Part shown: piece by piece, positions 45,566-54,345 of the stretch
How positions within the stretch are numbered: the first letter of the stretch is position 1
Layout: every line of letters starts with the position of its first letter
Origin: Acidimicrobiaceae bacterium
GTDB lineage: Bacteria; Actinomycetota; Acidimicrobiia; Acidimicrobiales; Palsa-688
Assembly: GCA_003166025.1 (NCBI GenBank)
Contig: PMWT01000073.1
Coordinates: 8,657 to 72,656 of the forward strand
Length of the DNA stretch: 64,000 nt
Direction of reading: 5' to 3'
The notes under the pieces: generated by a model
The model's database searches: none
Told to the model about the DNA's origin: nothing
The model's input: only the letters and a program-made list of their open reading frames with translations
Made by a program: the position numbers and the translations under genes

Positions 45566-47482
45566 TTATCCCCGGCGAGCCGTGATCACCGCGATTTCGT
45601 GAGGCTGCAACTGGACAGTCCCCGTCAAGGGCCGCCCTTGCTCGGGAACCCCGGCGTGGTCCCCCAGCATCCGCTCGGCCGCGGCAACGTCGAGCAGTTC
45701 GTAGCGGAAGGAAAGGCTGTTCCCCTCGATCTTGAACTCGGTGGCGCTGGGGCGAAGGTTGCCGACAAAGACGGTGACGTCGCCCTCGTCAGCAAGGCCA
45801 AGGACGGTCAGGGCGTTGTCATCGGTCGTTTCGAGATGAACCAATCTGGACCGGCGATGATGAGCCAGGTGGCGGAACACCTCGTAAACCGGGTATAACC
45901 CGAGCGGTGAGGGCGAACCCTCCCCTCCGGGGCTCATCACTCCCCGGGGCCCCACCGTCTCGAAGTAGGTAAGGACCTTCGCCCCTGCCCTGGCCAACGC
46001 GCTTACGCTGCCGAGAGCCCAGCACGCCGCCCACAAGGAGTTCTGGCGAGGGTCCGTCTCCGGTCCGGTTGCCCTCACCTTGTCTGTGGCCACCGGGTTG
46101 AACCGCTGAAGCAGTGTCACCGGTCCTACGTGCAGGGGCAGGCCCTCCGCCATCGAGATCGCTTGGCGGGCGACGATTTCCTGCACGGGGAGGGTCTGGA
46201 GGATTTCCTCGTTGCTGAAGGCGTGCACCTGGGGGTTGACGGCGAAGGTGACGCCGGCAAGGAGGCCGTACGGAGGCTGGGCCCGGTTGAGCTCGACGAA
46301 GTTGGCCCGGCTCCCCCCGAAGATTTCGGGGGTGAGCCGGAGCTCGTCGGCCAGCGACTGCCAGGTTGCCACTAGGGCCGGTGTCGTCACCGACGTGGTC
46401 TTGTCGAACAGCATCAACCGGGCCAGGTTGACGGGCGGGTCGCCCACGGCCTCCGCCAGCGCGCGGGCCACATCGCTCAGCTGGTCGACGTCGTCCACTA
46501 CCACTTCGCACTGGAGCTGGGCACCCACCTCCAGGGCAGTGCCGGCGGCTCGACGAAGGCCTTGCTCCCAGAGCGGTTGGCTGGGTTCTACCACGGCGTG
46601 GAGATGGGCCGGCCCTAATCGGCGCAGGGCTTGTCTGACGTCACCTCGAGCCTCATCATCGCCAACGGTGTTAGCGCCCAAGCCGAGCGCCGGCACCCGG
46701 GCGGCGCTCGCGCTGCCGACGCGGATCTCAATGGGAGCAGAGCGGGCCGGGGCCGCGTGGGAAGGCGTGTGGCCCGAAGCGAGCCGGACGACGACCCGCT
46801 GGCTCAGCTCCTCGCCGGCCTCGAAGGGACGGGGATAGGGCAGGCGCAAGGGCGGGCAATAGGTCTTGAAGGACGCATCGGTCCAGTTGCGCTGGTCCTC
46901 GGTCTCGAACACGTCCCCTTCGAACGAGATGTCCACCTTGGCGTCGCCAACTGAATATGCCATGCCCGTCAGGTCGAAGAACGGCTGCCACGGAGAAACC
47001 TCGGCTGGGAACACGCTTTTCGAAACCCCCGACGTTGACCTCAAGGACAGCGGTTGGCCGGCCACGGCCAGGGGGTGGAGCAGGACCAGGCCTACCCGAT
47101 TGCTCAAAAAGGCCCTCGTGGCGTGGCCGGTCATGGCGTACGTCATCACAGTGGTCCCTTGGTCCAGGGCCCGGACCGCTATTTGGCCGTCCCAGACGAA
47201 GCCGACATCGTCGTTGTCATGCGTGCAACAAAACCGGACCATGGTCTTCCCGGGGGAGATATCGCGGTCGATGCGGCTCAGCGTGGCCGGGACTGTACCC
47301 CAGTTGCGGTCCCTGACCGCCACCAGGACAGCCTGGATGACTTCGGAGCCGGCGCAGCTAACGGCGCGGACCGCCGGCAGCTCCAGGCGCGCCGTCACCT
47401 GGCCGAGCTGCAGGATCTCCGGCGCCCCACCCGCAGTGCCTAGCCCCAGGATCTCTTCGGGTGACTGTGACGGCCCTACCAC
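45566..47482 (-). CDS. Conserved-looking 638-aa protein of unknown function (N-terminal beta-rich part plus C-terminal barrel-like part)
   Basis: It is a long clean ORF with balanced amino-acid composition and a GTG start, and it is the last gene of a three-gene minus-strand operon. I recognise no family motif with confidence. Confidence 0.6.
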   Translation of the reverse strand: MVGPSQSPEEILGLGTAGGAPEILQLGQVTARLELPAVRAVSCAGSEVIQAVLVAVRDRNWGTVPATLSRIDRDISPGKTMVRFCCTHDNDDVGFVWDGQIAVRALDQGTTVMTYAMTGHATRAFLSNRVGLVLLHPLAVAGQPLSLRSTSGVSKSVFPAEVSPWQPFFDLTGMAYSVGDAKVDISFEGDVFETEDQRNWTDASFKTYCPPLRLPYPRPFEAGEELSQRVVVRLASGHTPSHAAPARSAPIEIRVGSASAARVPALGLGANTVGDDEARGDVRQALRRLGPAHLHAVVEPSQPLWEQGLRRAAGTALEVGAQLQCEVVVDDVDQLSDVARALAEAVGDPPVNLARLMLFDKTTSVTTPALVATWQSLADELRLTPEIFGGSRANFVELNRAQPPYGLLAGVTFAVNPQVHAFSNEEILQTLPVQEIVARQAISMAEGLPLHVGPVTLLQRFNPVATDKVRATGPETDPRQNSLWAACWALGSVSALARAGAKVLTYFETVGPRGVMSPGGEGSPSPLGLYPVYEVFRHLAHHRRSRLVHLETTDDNALTVLGLADEGDVTVFVGNLRPSATEFKIEGNSLSFRYELLDVAAAERMLGDHAGVPEQGRPLTGTVQLQPHEIAVITARRG

Positions 47483-47534
47483 GTGACGACCTGGCCTTCA
47501 AAAAGGGCGCCCCGACCTAGTGCTTGAGCCGGCA

Positions 47535-48353
47535 TCAGCTTTGAACGCACAGCAGCTTTTTCAAGTTGTGGACGCTCCGCTCGGCCCATTCGCCTTCGGT
47601 GGCGATGGTCGCTTCAAGGGTCGGGCCTGGCGGCGTCCACAGCTCGATTATGGCGCTCAGGTTGCGGTCACGGGCGCCGAGCTTGTCCAAGAGCCAGGTG
47701 ACGTTCAGCTGTCCTTCGCCGGCCGGCCGCCCCTCGATCTCAAAACCCATCATGTGCCCGGCCCGCCGCACGGCGAAGTCCTTCACGTGCAGGTTGACGG
47801 CGAAGGGGCCAAGCTTGTCGACAACGACACCAGGGCCCTCGAGAGCGCCGAACGAGTTCACCGTGTCCAGGCATATACCGGCCCAGTCGGTCCCGAGCTC
47901 CTGGACCACATGGACCAGCTCGTCGGTTGAGAACTTGTCGTGGTTCTCAATGGCCAGAGTTACCCCCGCGCTTTCGAAGGCGTCTTGTTGGGGCTTCAAG
48001 ATGGAGATGGCTTCGTCCGGGGTGAGCTCACGGCCCTTCTGGGCGATTATGACCCGCAACAAGGGAGAGCCCAGAAGCTGGGCCAGTGAGAGGTACCGGG
48101 CGATGTAGTCGGCGTCGATGCCCCGGGTACCGATTTCTATCGAGACGCCCAAGGCACGTGCACGCGCGGCCAAGGCGTTGAGGTCGTCTTCGGGTAGCTG
48201 GTCGAGGGGCAGGTTGTCCGCCACCTGGAGCACGGGCACACCTAGGGAATGAGCACGCTCGACCAAGTCGAGCACGCCCAAGGTCTGCGCCGGGAGGTGG
48301 CCGGGAACGCCGACGGCCCACGTGTAGGTGTAGGACGAGATCCCGATCCTCAT
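47535..48353 (-). CDS. Sugar(-phosphate) isomerase/epimerase, xylose-isomerase-like TIM barrel
   Basis: MRIGISSYTYTW, LAIENHD, HVKDF, LSAIIELW. Confidence 0.75.
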   Translation of the reverse strand: MRIGISSYTYTWAVGVPGHLPAQTLGVLDLVERAHSLGVPVLQVADNLPLDQLPEDDLNALAARARALGVSIEIGTRGIDADYIARYLSLAQLLGSPLLRVIIAQKGRELTPDEAISILKPQQDAFESAGVTLAIENHDKFSTDELVHVVQELGTDWAGICLDTVNSFGALEGPGVVVDKLGPFAVNLHVKDFAVRRAGHMMGFEIEGRPAGEGQLNVTWLLDKLGARDRNLSAIIELWTPPGPTLEATIATEGEWAERSVHNLKKLLCVQS

Positions 48354-48371
48354 CGGCCCGTACTCGATGGG

Positions 48372-49214
48372 TCAGTCGCCGCCGGTTATCTCCCGAACGC
48401 TTTGCATGATCGACTCGCGCTCGAAGATCTTGAACCAGTCATCCTTGAACAGAGCGCTGCGGGCTTTGTCCAACGCCATCTGAGCGCCGGCCGAGAGCTT
48501 CCAATTGAGCTGCTCGAAGATGATGGCGGTACCGATCTGGAAGTGCCCCATGAGGAAGTCACGCGCTGCCTCTTCGGGGATCCCGGCCTCCACCACACGG
48601 GACAAGCCCTCCCGGATGATGGCGATGCAACCGTTGGTGAGGGTCTCGCTGAGGGCGGGCTCGAGCATCGCCATCTGGTCGACGGTTATCCGGTGCGAGC
48701 GCGTGACGGGGGCGAACATCGTCATGGCCAGCTTCTCCACCTGGTCGGAAATGGGCCCGGCGTCTCCCCAGGCGACGGCGAAGACGATGGCCTGGCGTGC
48801 CAGCCCACCGCCCCAGTAGTCGGCCCGGGCCTCTGGCTCGGTCTCGCTCAGCAGGCTGTAGAGGGGCGGGTGTGTGGGGTGGGTGACATAGCAATTGATA
48901 TCGGAGCGATGCGGTATCCGGTCGGCGGCAATGGCGGCGGGGTCGAGGAACAGCATGCTCGTGCCCCGGTCCAGCTTGGGCACGATGTCCGCTGCCACAT
49001 CGCGCACGATGAAATCGGGAACGGCGAAGATAACGACCTCGGCGCCCTCGAGGCCGGGCTCCGGGTCGACCACCGACAGGCCCATCTCGGCCAGCAAACC
49101 GCGGCCGCGTTCGCCGGGCTCGATCAGGCGGAGCTTGTAAGAGTCGTCGCCCTGCAGGGCCCCGCTGATCCGCCGGCCCATGTTCCCGCCCGCTCCAAGT
49201 ATTGCCACCTGCAT
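48372..49214 (-). CDS. NAD(P)-binding oxidoreductase (Rossmann N-terminus plus helical C-terminal domain, 6PGDH-C-like)
   Basis: MQVAILGAGGNMG is at the N-terminus. ATG 49214 is preceded by GGGAG. The ORF-track GTG 49223 is an alternative start. Confidence 0.65.
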   Translation of the reverse strand: MQVAILGAGGNMGRRISGALQGDDSYKLRLIEPGERGRGLLAEMGLSVVDPEPGLEGAEVVIFAVPDFIVRDVAADIVPKLDRGTSMLFLDPAAIAADRIPHRSDINCYVTHPTHPPLYSLLSETEPEARADYWGGGLARQAIVFAVAWGDAGPISDQVEKLAMTMFAPVTRSHRITVDQMAMLEPALSETLTNGCIAIIREGLSRVVEAGIPEEAARDFLMGHFQIGTAIIFEQLNWKLSAGAQMALDKARSALFKDDWFKIFERESIMQSVREITGGD

Positions 49215-49782
49215 GTTCGTCACTCCCTATGCCGCTGGGCGGGCGTTTGGCCCGCGGGCTCGTCGAAAAGCTATGATCGGACGATCAGTCGGCATGCAGC
49301 ATACCAAAACCTGCTTCCTTAGGTCAAATCACCGGGCCGGCGATTGGTTACCGGCGCCGTCGGCGCGCTTACGCCAGGGCCACGATGACCTCGTCCCGCA
49401 ACAGTTCGAGGGTGCCTCAATTTCTGGCCCCAGCAGCTTGGGCGCTGCCCGTAGGGGAAAGGGCGGCGGTGACCTGTTGCCCAGGATCCTGGAAGAGAAC
49501 TCAAAATGGTGCCCTCGGTACCGTCATTTACTATCGCATCTTCCTTCGTCGACCGGTACTGGCGACATAACCCCGCGACGAGCGACCGTCGACGCTCGGG
49601 GACACCCCGGCCGGGTGCGCGTAGCCGGTACCGGCAACTCCGAGCGTTCCTGTGGTGCGCAGACGGCCGGGCGGTCGCCCGCGCTTAGAAGTCCGAGCGC
49701 CCCGCCTGTAAGGCGCTGGCTGTGGGTGCTGACCGACTGCTGGACCTCAGCCCCGACTAGGTGCGCTAGCGGCTAGCTGCAC

Positions 49783-49831
49783 TTGCGCTTGCTCGGACCG
49801 GGAGATAGTCTAAGTGTCATATGGCATGCCA
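49783..49831 (+). promoter_or_regulatory. Class A promoter-operator module: TTGCGC-N17-TAGTCT-N4-GTCATATGGCATGCCA
   Basis: Read directly. It ends 31 nt upstream of GTG 49863. The core TGGCATGCCA is a perfect 10-bp palindrome. Confidence 0.6.
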
Positions 49832-49862
49832 GCTGCCCAGGCGCTGAGCCGGGAAAACCTGC

Positions 49863-50903
49863 GTGACCGAGGCGGTAGCATCCTCACCCGGCAAGGTGAT
49901 CCTTTTTGGGGAGCACGGCGTTCACCGGGGACAGGCCAACATAACGACCGCGGTGGATTTGCGGACCTGGTGCCGCGTGACCGTGCGGCCGGACAGTGGC
50001 TACAGCCTGGCCTCCGGCGCCCTTTGCGAAGAGGGCAGCCGTGAGAGGTTGGCCGCTTTCAAGGCTCAGGTCGACGCTCTGCGGGAGGCAAACGCGCTCA
50101 GCGAACTGGCCGCGCTGACCAAGGACTTCTTTGTCCCGGCGCGTTACGTCATGGCCACCCTGGCCCATAACCCACAGGTCCCAGGGCTCGACGTTGAGTG
50201 GCGTTCGACGTCGCCGATCGGGTCGGGGCTCGGCTCAGGTGCCGCCGCCTTTACCTCGATGGTCCTGGCCGCGGCCCAGGCGTCGGGGCTAGACCTGTCG
50301 GCTGAGGAAGTTATCTTCACCGCCTGGCAGGGCGATGTCATCGCTCATGGCGGCTACGGCTCCAGCCTGGACAGCAGCACGTGCACCTATGGAGGCTTGA
50401 TCAGCTACACCCTCGACGATGGTGCCGTGCGACTGCCATACGATGTGCCTCTCCCTTTGGTTGTCGGCGACACCCTTATCGAGCACAAGACCTCGAAAGT
50501 AAACACTCACCTGCGATTGTGGCTGCAAGAACGCCCGTCGCGCATGCATATTTTCAGCGATATGGGCTATCTGGTAGAGCGGTTCATGGCCGGCCTTGAG
50601 GACGCGGACTTGGTTAGCCTGGGCCGGCTGATGAACATTCACCAATTGCTCCAGGAAAAGATGGGCACCTCTTGTCCCGAAAGCGACGTCCTGGTCGAGG
50701 CGGCCATAGCGGGGGGAGCATTGGGCGCCAAAATCTCGGGCTCAGGTTGTGGCGGGATCGTGATCGCCTTGTGCCAACCGGGGCACGAGGAGCAGGTTGC
50801 CGCGTCCATGGAGGCGGCGGGGGGCAAGAGTTACGTTGTCCGCACCGGCGAAGCCGGTGCGCGTTCGGAGCCCGCCGGTGCATGGAGCGCGTCGGTTGGC
50901 TGA
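49863..50903 (+). CDS. GHMP-family kinase, mevalonate-kinase-like
   Basis: PGKVILFGEHGV, SPIGSGLGSGAAA (the GHMP ATP motif), GAKISGSGCGG. Confidence 0.8.
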   Translation: MTEAVASSPGKVILFGEHGVHRGQANITTAVDLRTWCRVTVRPDSGYSLASGALCEEGSRERLAAFKAQVDALREANALSELAALTKDFFVPARYVMATLAHNPQVPGLDVEWRSTSPIGSGLGSGAAAFTSMVLAAAQASGLDLSAEEVIFTAWQGDVIAHGGYGSSLDSSTCTYGGLISYTLDDGAVRLPYDVPLPLVVGDTLIEHKTSKVNTHLRLWLQERPSRMHIFSDMGYLVERFMAGLEDADLVSLGRLMNIHQLLQEKMGTSCPESDVLVEAAIAGGALGAKISGSGCGGIVIALCQPGHEEQVAASMEAAGGKSYVVRTGEAGARSEPAGAWSASVG

Positions 50904-50939
50904 AGGCCGCATGACCCTAGTTGCAAAGGAGAAGGATCT

Positions 50940-51632
50940 ATGGCAAATGCAGTAGGCGAGACGAAACCGACCGACTTTATGGTCAGCATCCCGAAAGGTC
51001 GGGTTGTCGACCTGAGCCACCGGCTTTACCCGGGTGCCGAGCAGTACACGCTCGAGGTAACCCACCGTGGCGACCGCAACACGCCTGAAGGCGACATTAT
51101 GAGCAGCGTCTACATGTGGTCGCACGTGGGCACCCACGTAGAAGCCATGCTCCACTTTTTGTGGGATGGCACTGATGCCGCCGGCTTGGCCATCGACCGC
51201 CTGATGGGGCCGGCCATCGTGCTTGACTTCCGGGACAAGGGCGTCAATGAGCCGATCAGCCTGGAGGAAATGAAAAAGGCGGGCGACATCGAAGTGGGCG
51301 ACCGGGTACTGGTCATGACGGGACGGCACGTCCAGTACCGCACACCGCAGTCGCATGACCGGCCGTACATCACCGAAGAGGCCACTCGATGGCTCGTCGA
51401 TGACAGGAAGATCAACTGCCTGGGCACGGACAGCTCGGGTTTCGAAGTGCGGGGAGTGAGCCACCATCCCAACCACCAGATCCTCAACTACGCCGGCGTG
51501 CCGGTCATCGAATGTATGAACAACTTGGTAGAGCTGCGCAGCAAGCGCGTCTACCTGATCGCCTTGCCGCTGCCGATCACCGAACTGGACGCCAGCCCGG
51601 TGCGGGCTATTGCCATTGACCCAGAGGAGTAA
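50940..51632 (+). CDS. Cyclase-family metal-dependent hydrolase (kynurenine formamidase / isatin hydrolase fold)
   Basis: WSHVGTHVEA matches the HxGTHxDA-type motif. There is a strong AAGGAGAAGG RBS. Confidence 0.7.
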   Translation: MANAVGETKPTDFMVSIPKGRVVDLSHRLYPGAEQYTLEVTHRGDRNTPEGDIMSSVYMWSHVGTHVEAMLHFLWDGTDAAGLAIDRLMGPAIVLDFRDKGVNEPISLEEMKKAGDIEVGDRVLVMTGRHVQYRTPQSHDRPYITEEATRWLVDDRKINCLGTDSSGFEVRGVSHHPNHQILNYAGVPVIECMNNLVELRSKRVYLIALPLPITELDASPVRAIAIDPEE

Positions 51633-51637
51633 CCGTT

Positions 51638-52351
51638 ATGCCCGGGCCCTCGGCCGTAAGCCCCCGCCCCCAAGGCGTACGGCTAGGGGCGGCCCTCTAC
51701 AACGGTGACCACAGTCGTTTGGGAGACGAGATCGGCCGGCTGGAGCCCGCCGGTTTGGATTTTGTCCACATCGACGTCTTCGACGGCCATTTCGTCCCTG
51801 ACATCGGTTTCGCGCCCCGCACGATTGCCGCCCTGCGCCCGCTGACCAAGCTGCCTTTCGAAGTGCACCTGGGAGCGGCGGAGCCGTTGCGCATGGTGCC
51901 CTCCCTGGTGGACGCGGGGGTGGACCTTGTGCTCATCCATATCGAATGCCTGCCGTTGCCCTACGAGGCTCTGAGGCTGGCCCGGACGTATGGTTGCAAG
52001 ATCGGTCTGGCATTAACCTTGGGCACGCCCATAAGCCACCTGGGCCCGGTTGTCAGCCTTGTCGATTCGGTCCTTCTGCTGTCACGGGTGACCGGCGAGG
52101 GAGCCCAGGGGTCGTTTGACCCTCTGGTCCTGGCGCGCCTGCGTGCCGTACGGGAAATGGTAGACGCCATTGCGGGCGAAGTCGACATCCAGGCCGCTGG
52201 GGGTGTCAGGCGCCAACACGTGAGCGATCTGGTGGCGGCGGGCGCGGCGACCATTTCTATAGGTGGCGGCATTTACGGTGCCGCCGACATGGCGGAGGCG
52301 ATAGCCGAAATGCGTATAGCGGCCGCGGGCGAGGCGGGGGACCATGGCTGA
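51638..52351 (+). CDS. Ribulose-phosphate 3-epimerase-family protein
   Basis: [27 protein letters not shown]. The GAGGAG RBS lies inside the end of the upstream gene. Confidence 0.8.
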   Translation: MPGPSAVSPRPQGVRLGAALYNGDHSRLGDEIGRLEPAGLDFVHIDVFDGHFVPDIGFAPRTIAALRPLTKLPFEVHLGAAEPLRMVPSLVDAGVDLVLIHIECLPLPYEALRLARTYGCKIGLALTLGTPISHLGPVVSLVDSVLLLSRVTGEGAQGSFDPLVLARLRAVREMVDAIAGEVDIQAAGGVRRQHVSDLVAAGAATISIGGGIYGAADMAEAIAEMRIAAAGEAGDHG

Positions 52352-52985
52352 GGCGCCAATGGGGAGCGCGGACATCCTGCGGGAAGCCCGGGCCTTGGTG
52401 CGGGCCGAAGGCGGGGCTGTGACGGCCGTGGCCGAGCAGTTGGGCGAGACCTTCGTGCAGGCCGTCCAGCTGGTAGCGGGGTGCACCGGCCGCATCTTCG
52501 TGACCGGGTCAGGGACCTCGGGCGCCATGGCCTACCGCCTGGCACACCTCCTGGCCACGTGCGGGATGCCAGCTTTTTTCATTCCTCCCAGCGATGCCCT
52601 CCACGGTGAATCGGCGATGGTGGCGCCCGGCGACGTGATGATCGCCCTGTCCAAAGCGGGCAAGAGCGCCGATATCAACGAGTTCGCCGCCATCGCCGCC
52701 CAGCGCGGTTGTGCGGTAATGGCGTGGACCGCCGACGCTACGTCGGAGCTGGCGCGTTTGAGCCAACTCGTTGTTGTGATCGAGACGGACCAGGCCGGCG
52801 AAGGTGAGGGCGTGCTCCCCTTCGGTAGCACTCTGGCGCACGGCGCCGTCGGTGACGCCTTGTGCCTACTGACCAAGCGCTGGCGTGGCTTCAACCTGGC
52901 CGAGCTGGCCCAGACGCACCCGCTCGGAGGCGCGGCGCAACTGCTGACGAGGCCGGCGGACAACCCACGGCGGGCGACGCAATGA
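52344..52985 (+). CDS. SIS-domain sugar-phosphate isomerase (KpsF/GutQ- or PHI-like, single domain)
   Basis: [15 protein letters not shown] and [11 protein letters not shown]. It overlaps the upstream gene by 8 nt. Confidence 0.75.
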   Translation: MAEAPMGSADILREARALVRAEGGAVTAVAEQLGETFVQAVQLVAGCTGRIFVTGSGTSGAMAYRLAHLLATCGMPAFFIPPSDALHGESAMVAPGDVMIALSKAGKSADINEFAAIAAQRGCAVMAWTADATSELARLSQLVVVIETDQAGEGEGVLPFGSTLAHGAVGDALCLLTKRWRGFNLAELAQTHPLGGAAQLLTRPADNPRRATQ

Positions 52986-53980
52986 ACGCGCAACCCGGGC
53001 CCCAGTCTGGGGGGATCCCTCCGGTGCCGCCCCGGTGGACAGTGCTGATCGGCTCCCGGTCGTTCGGCCAGCTGTTCCCCGAGCACATCACTGAGCTGGA
53101 GCGGGCGGGTTGTGCCGTGGTCCCCAACCCGATTGGCCGCGCTCTCAACGAGAACGAGCTCCTTCGGGCCTTGGACGGGGTCGACGCCATCATCACCGGG
53201 ACAGACGAGCTGACCGCACGCGTCATAGAGTCGGCTTCCCAATTAAAGACGATCGTCAAACACGGTGTCGGGTTGGAAACCATAGACCTGGCCGCGGCCC
53301 GGGCCCGAGGCATCGTCGTCTCCTTCACCCCGGGCACGATCCACGACTCGGTTGCTGACTTGACGATGGCGCTGTTGTTGGCGCTGGCGCGCAAGATCGT
53401 GCCTGCTCACCTCAGCACCCGGCTGGGTTCGTGGAAGCCCTTTTTCGGCATGGAGCTGAGGGACGCCACCCTTGGGCTGGTGGGGCTGGGCCGGATCGGC
53501 CAGGCGGTCTGTGTCCGTGCCCGAGCCTTCGGCATGGGCGTCCTCGCCTGCGACCCGTACCCCAATGAGGGTTTCGCAGCTGAGCACGACGTTACCTTCG
53601 TGTCTTTGGCCGAGCTGTTGAAGGCGTCCGATGTCGTGTCGTTGCACGCCGCCGCCGAACAAGTGCCGGGGGCCCTCATCGGGCACGACGAGCTGCGGCT
53701 CATGAAGCCGGGGGCTCTGCTCATCAACACGGCACGAGGGCAGCTCGTCGACGAAGCCGCACTGGCCGCGGCATTGCGCGACAACCGCTTGGGTGGGGCG
53801 GGTATTGACGCATTCGTCAATGAGCCGCCCGTGGGCAGCCCATTGTTGGGCCTCGACAATGTAGTGCTGACGCCTCACCTCGGTGGTCGCACCCAGGGGG
53901 GACAGCGCCGGATGGGCGAGATGGCCATCGAGAATTGCCTGCGGGCGCTCCGGGGCGAAATGCCGTTGTACGCCGTCTGA
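52982..53980 (+). CDS. D-isomer-specific 2-hydroxyacid dehydrogenase (PGDH/GyaR-like)
   Basis: [17 protein letters not shown], and DAF...EP motifs. ATG 52982 overlaps the upstream stop (ATGA). Confidence 0.8.
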   Translation: MNAQPGPQSGGIPPVPPRWTVLIGSRSFGQLFPEHITELERAGCAVVPNPIGRALNENELLRALDGVDAIITGTDELTARVIESASQLKTIVKHGVGLETIDLAAARARGIVVSFTPGTIHDSVADLTMALLLALARKIVPAHLSTRLGSWKPFFGMELRDATLGLVGLGRIGQAVCVRARAFGMGVLACDPYPNEGFAAEHDVTFVSLAELLKASDVVSLHAAAEQVPGALIGHDELRLMKPGALLINTARGQLVDEAALAAALRDNRLGGAGIDAFVNEPPVGSPLLGLDNVVLTPHLGGRTQGGQRRMGEMAIENCLRALRGEMPLYAV

Positions 53981-54069
53981 AAGTCACACCACCTTAGCTG
54001 TACTCATTGTCGCGAACTGTTCCGGCCCAGCGCGACAGGCGGGAACGCCGAGTTGTCAGCGCGGTGGAC

Positions 54070-54098
54070 TTGCACACGATCTGATGGTATGCCAAGCT
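54070..54098 (+). promoter_or_regulatory. Class B promoter-operator module: TTGCAC-ACGATCTGATGGTATGC-CAAGCT
   Basis: Read directly. 23 of 29 positions match 60965-60993. The TGGTATGCCA core sits across the spacer/-10 junction. It lies about 250 nt upstream of the ABC binding-protein start. Confidence 0.5.
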
Positions 54099-54299
54099 GG
54101 GGCAACTGTCCTGGGGGGCATATGCCGCTTGTATTGAGGTCGTTGGGCCCAACGAGGGCTGCGGCGACGGGAACATCTCGAGCTTGTCTTCGCTTCGCCG
54201 CGGGCGGAGGCACCGATCGGTACGGCTGCAATGGCCGAGAGCGGCACTAAGCAGAAAAACAGGGCGTCGTCTTGCAAACGCCGACGCGGTACTCGGGTA

Positions 54300-54327
54300 T
54301 TGCAACAATGCATTACCTCGATATACA
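54300..54327 (+). promoter_or_regulatory. Candidate proximal promoter TTGCAA-N16-TATACA
   Basis: Read directly. It lies 18 nt upstream of GTG 54346, and the GGAGGGGAG RBS falls in between. Confidence 0.35.
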
Positions 54328-54345
54328 AAACGGAGGGGAGCTCAA

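Noticed and set aside
49180-49776. A 198-aa plus-strand ORF filling the long intergenic gap.
   Set aside because: It has an Arg/Ser/Pro-rich, non-globular composition. It overlaps the start of the divergent gene, and no RBS or motif is present. I treated the region as non-coding, possibly holding a gene remnant on the other strand.
49822-49836. TGGCAT-N5-CTGC resembles a sigma-54 -24/-12 promoter.
   Set aside because: The other three copies of the motif lack the -12 GC element at the right spacing. The core is a palindrome, which suggests an operator. Actinobacteria generally lack RpoN.
49863-50903. The mevalonate-kinase homologue as evidence for a mevalonate isoprenoid pathway.
   Set aside because: The window contains no HMG-CoA synthase or reductase, phosphomevalonate kinase or decarboxylase. 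The gene sits in a sugar-type operon under a GntR-type operator. The hopanoid operon carries MEP-pathway ispH.
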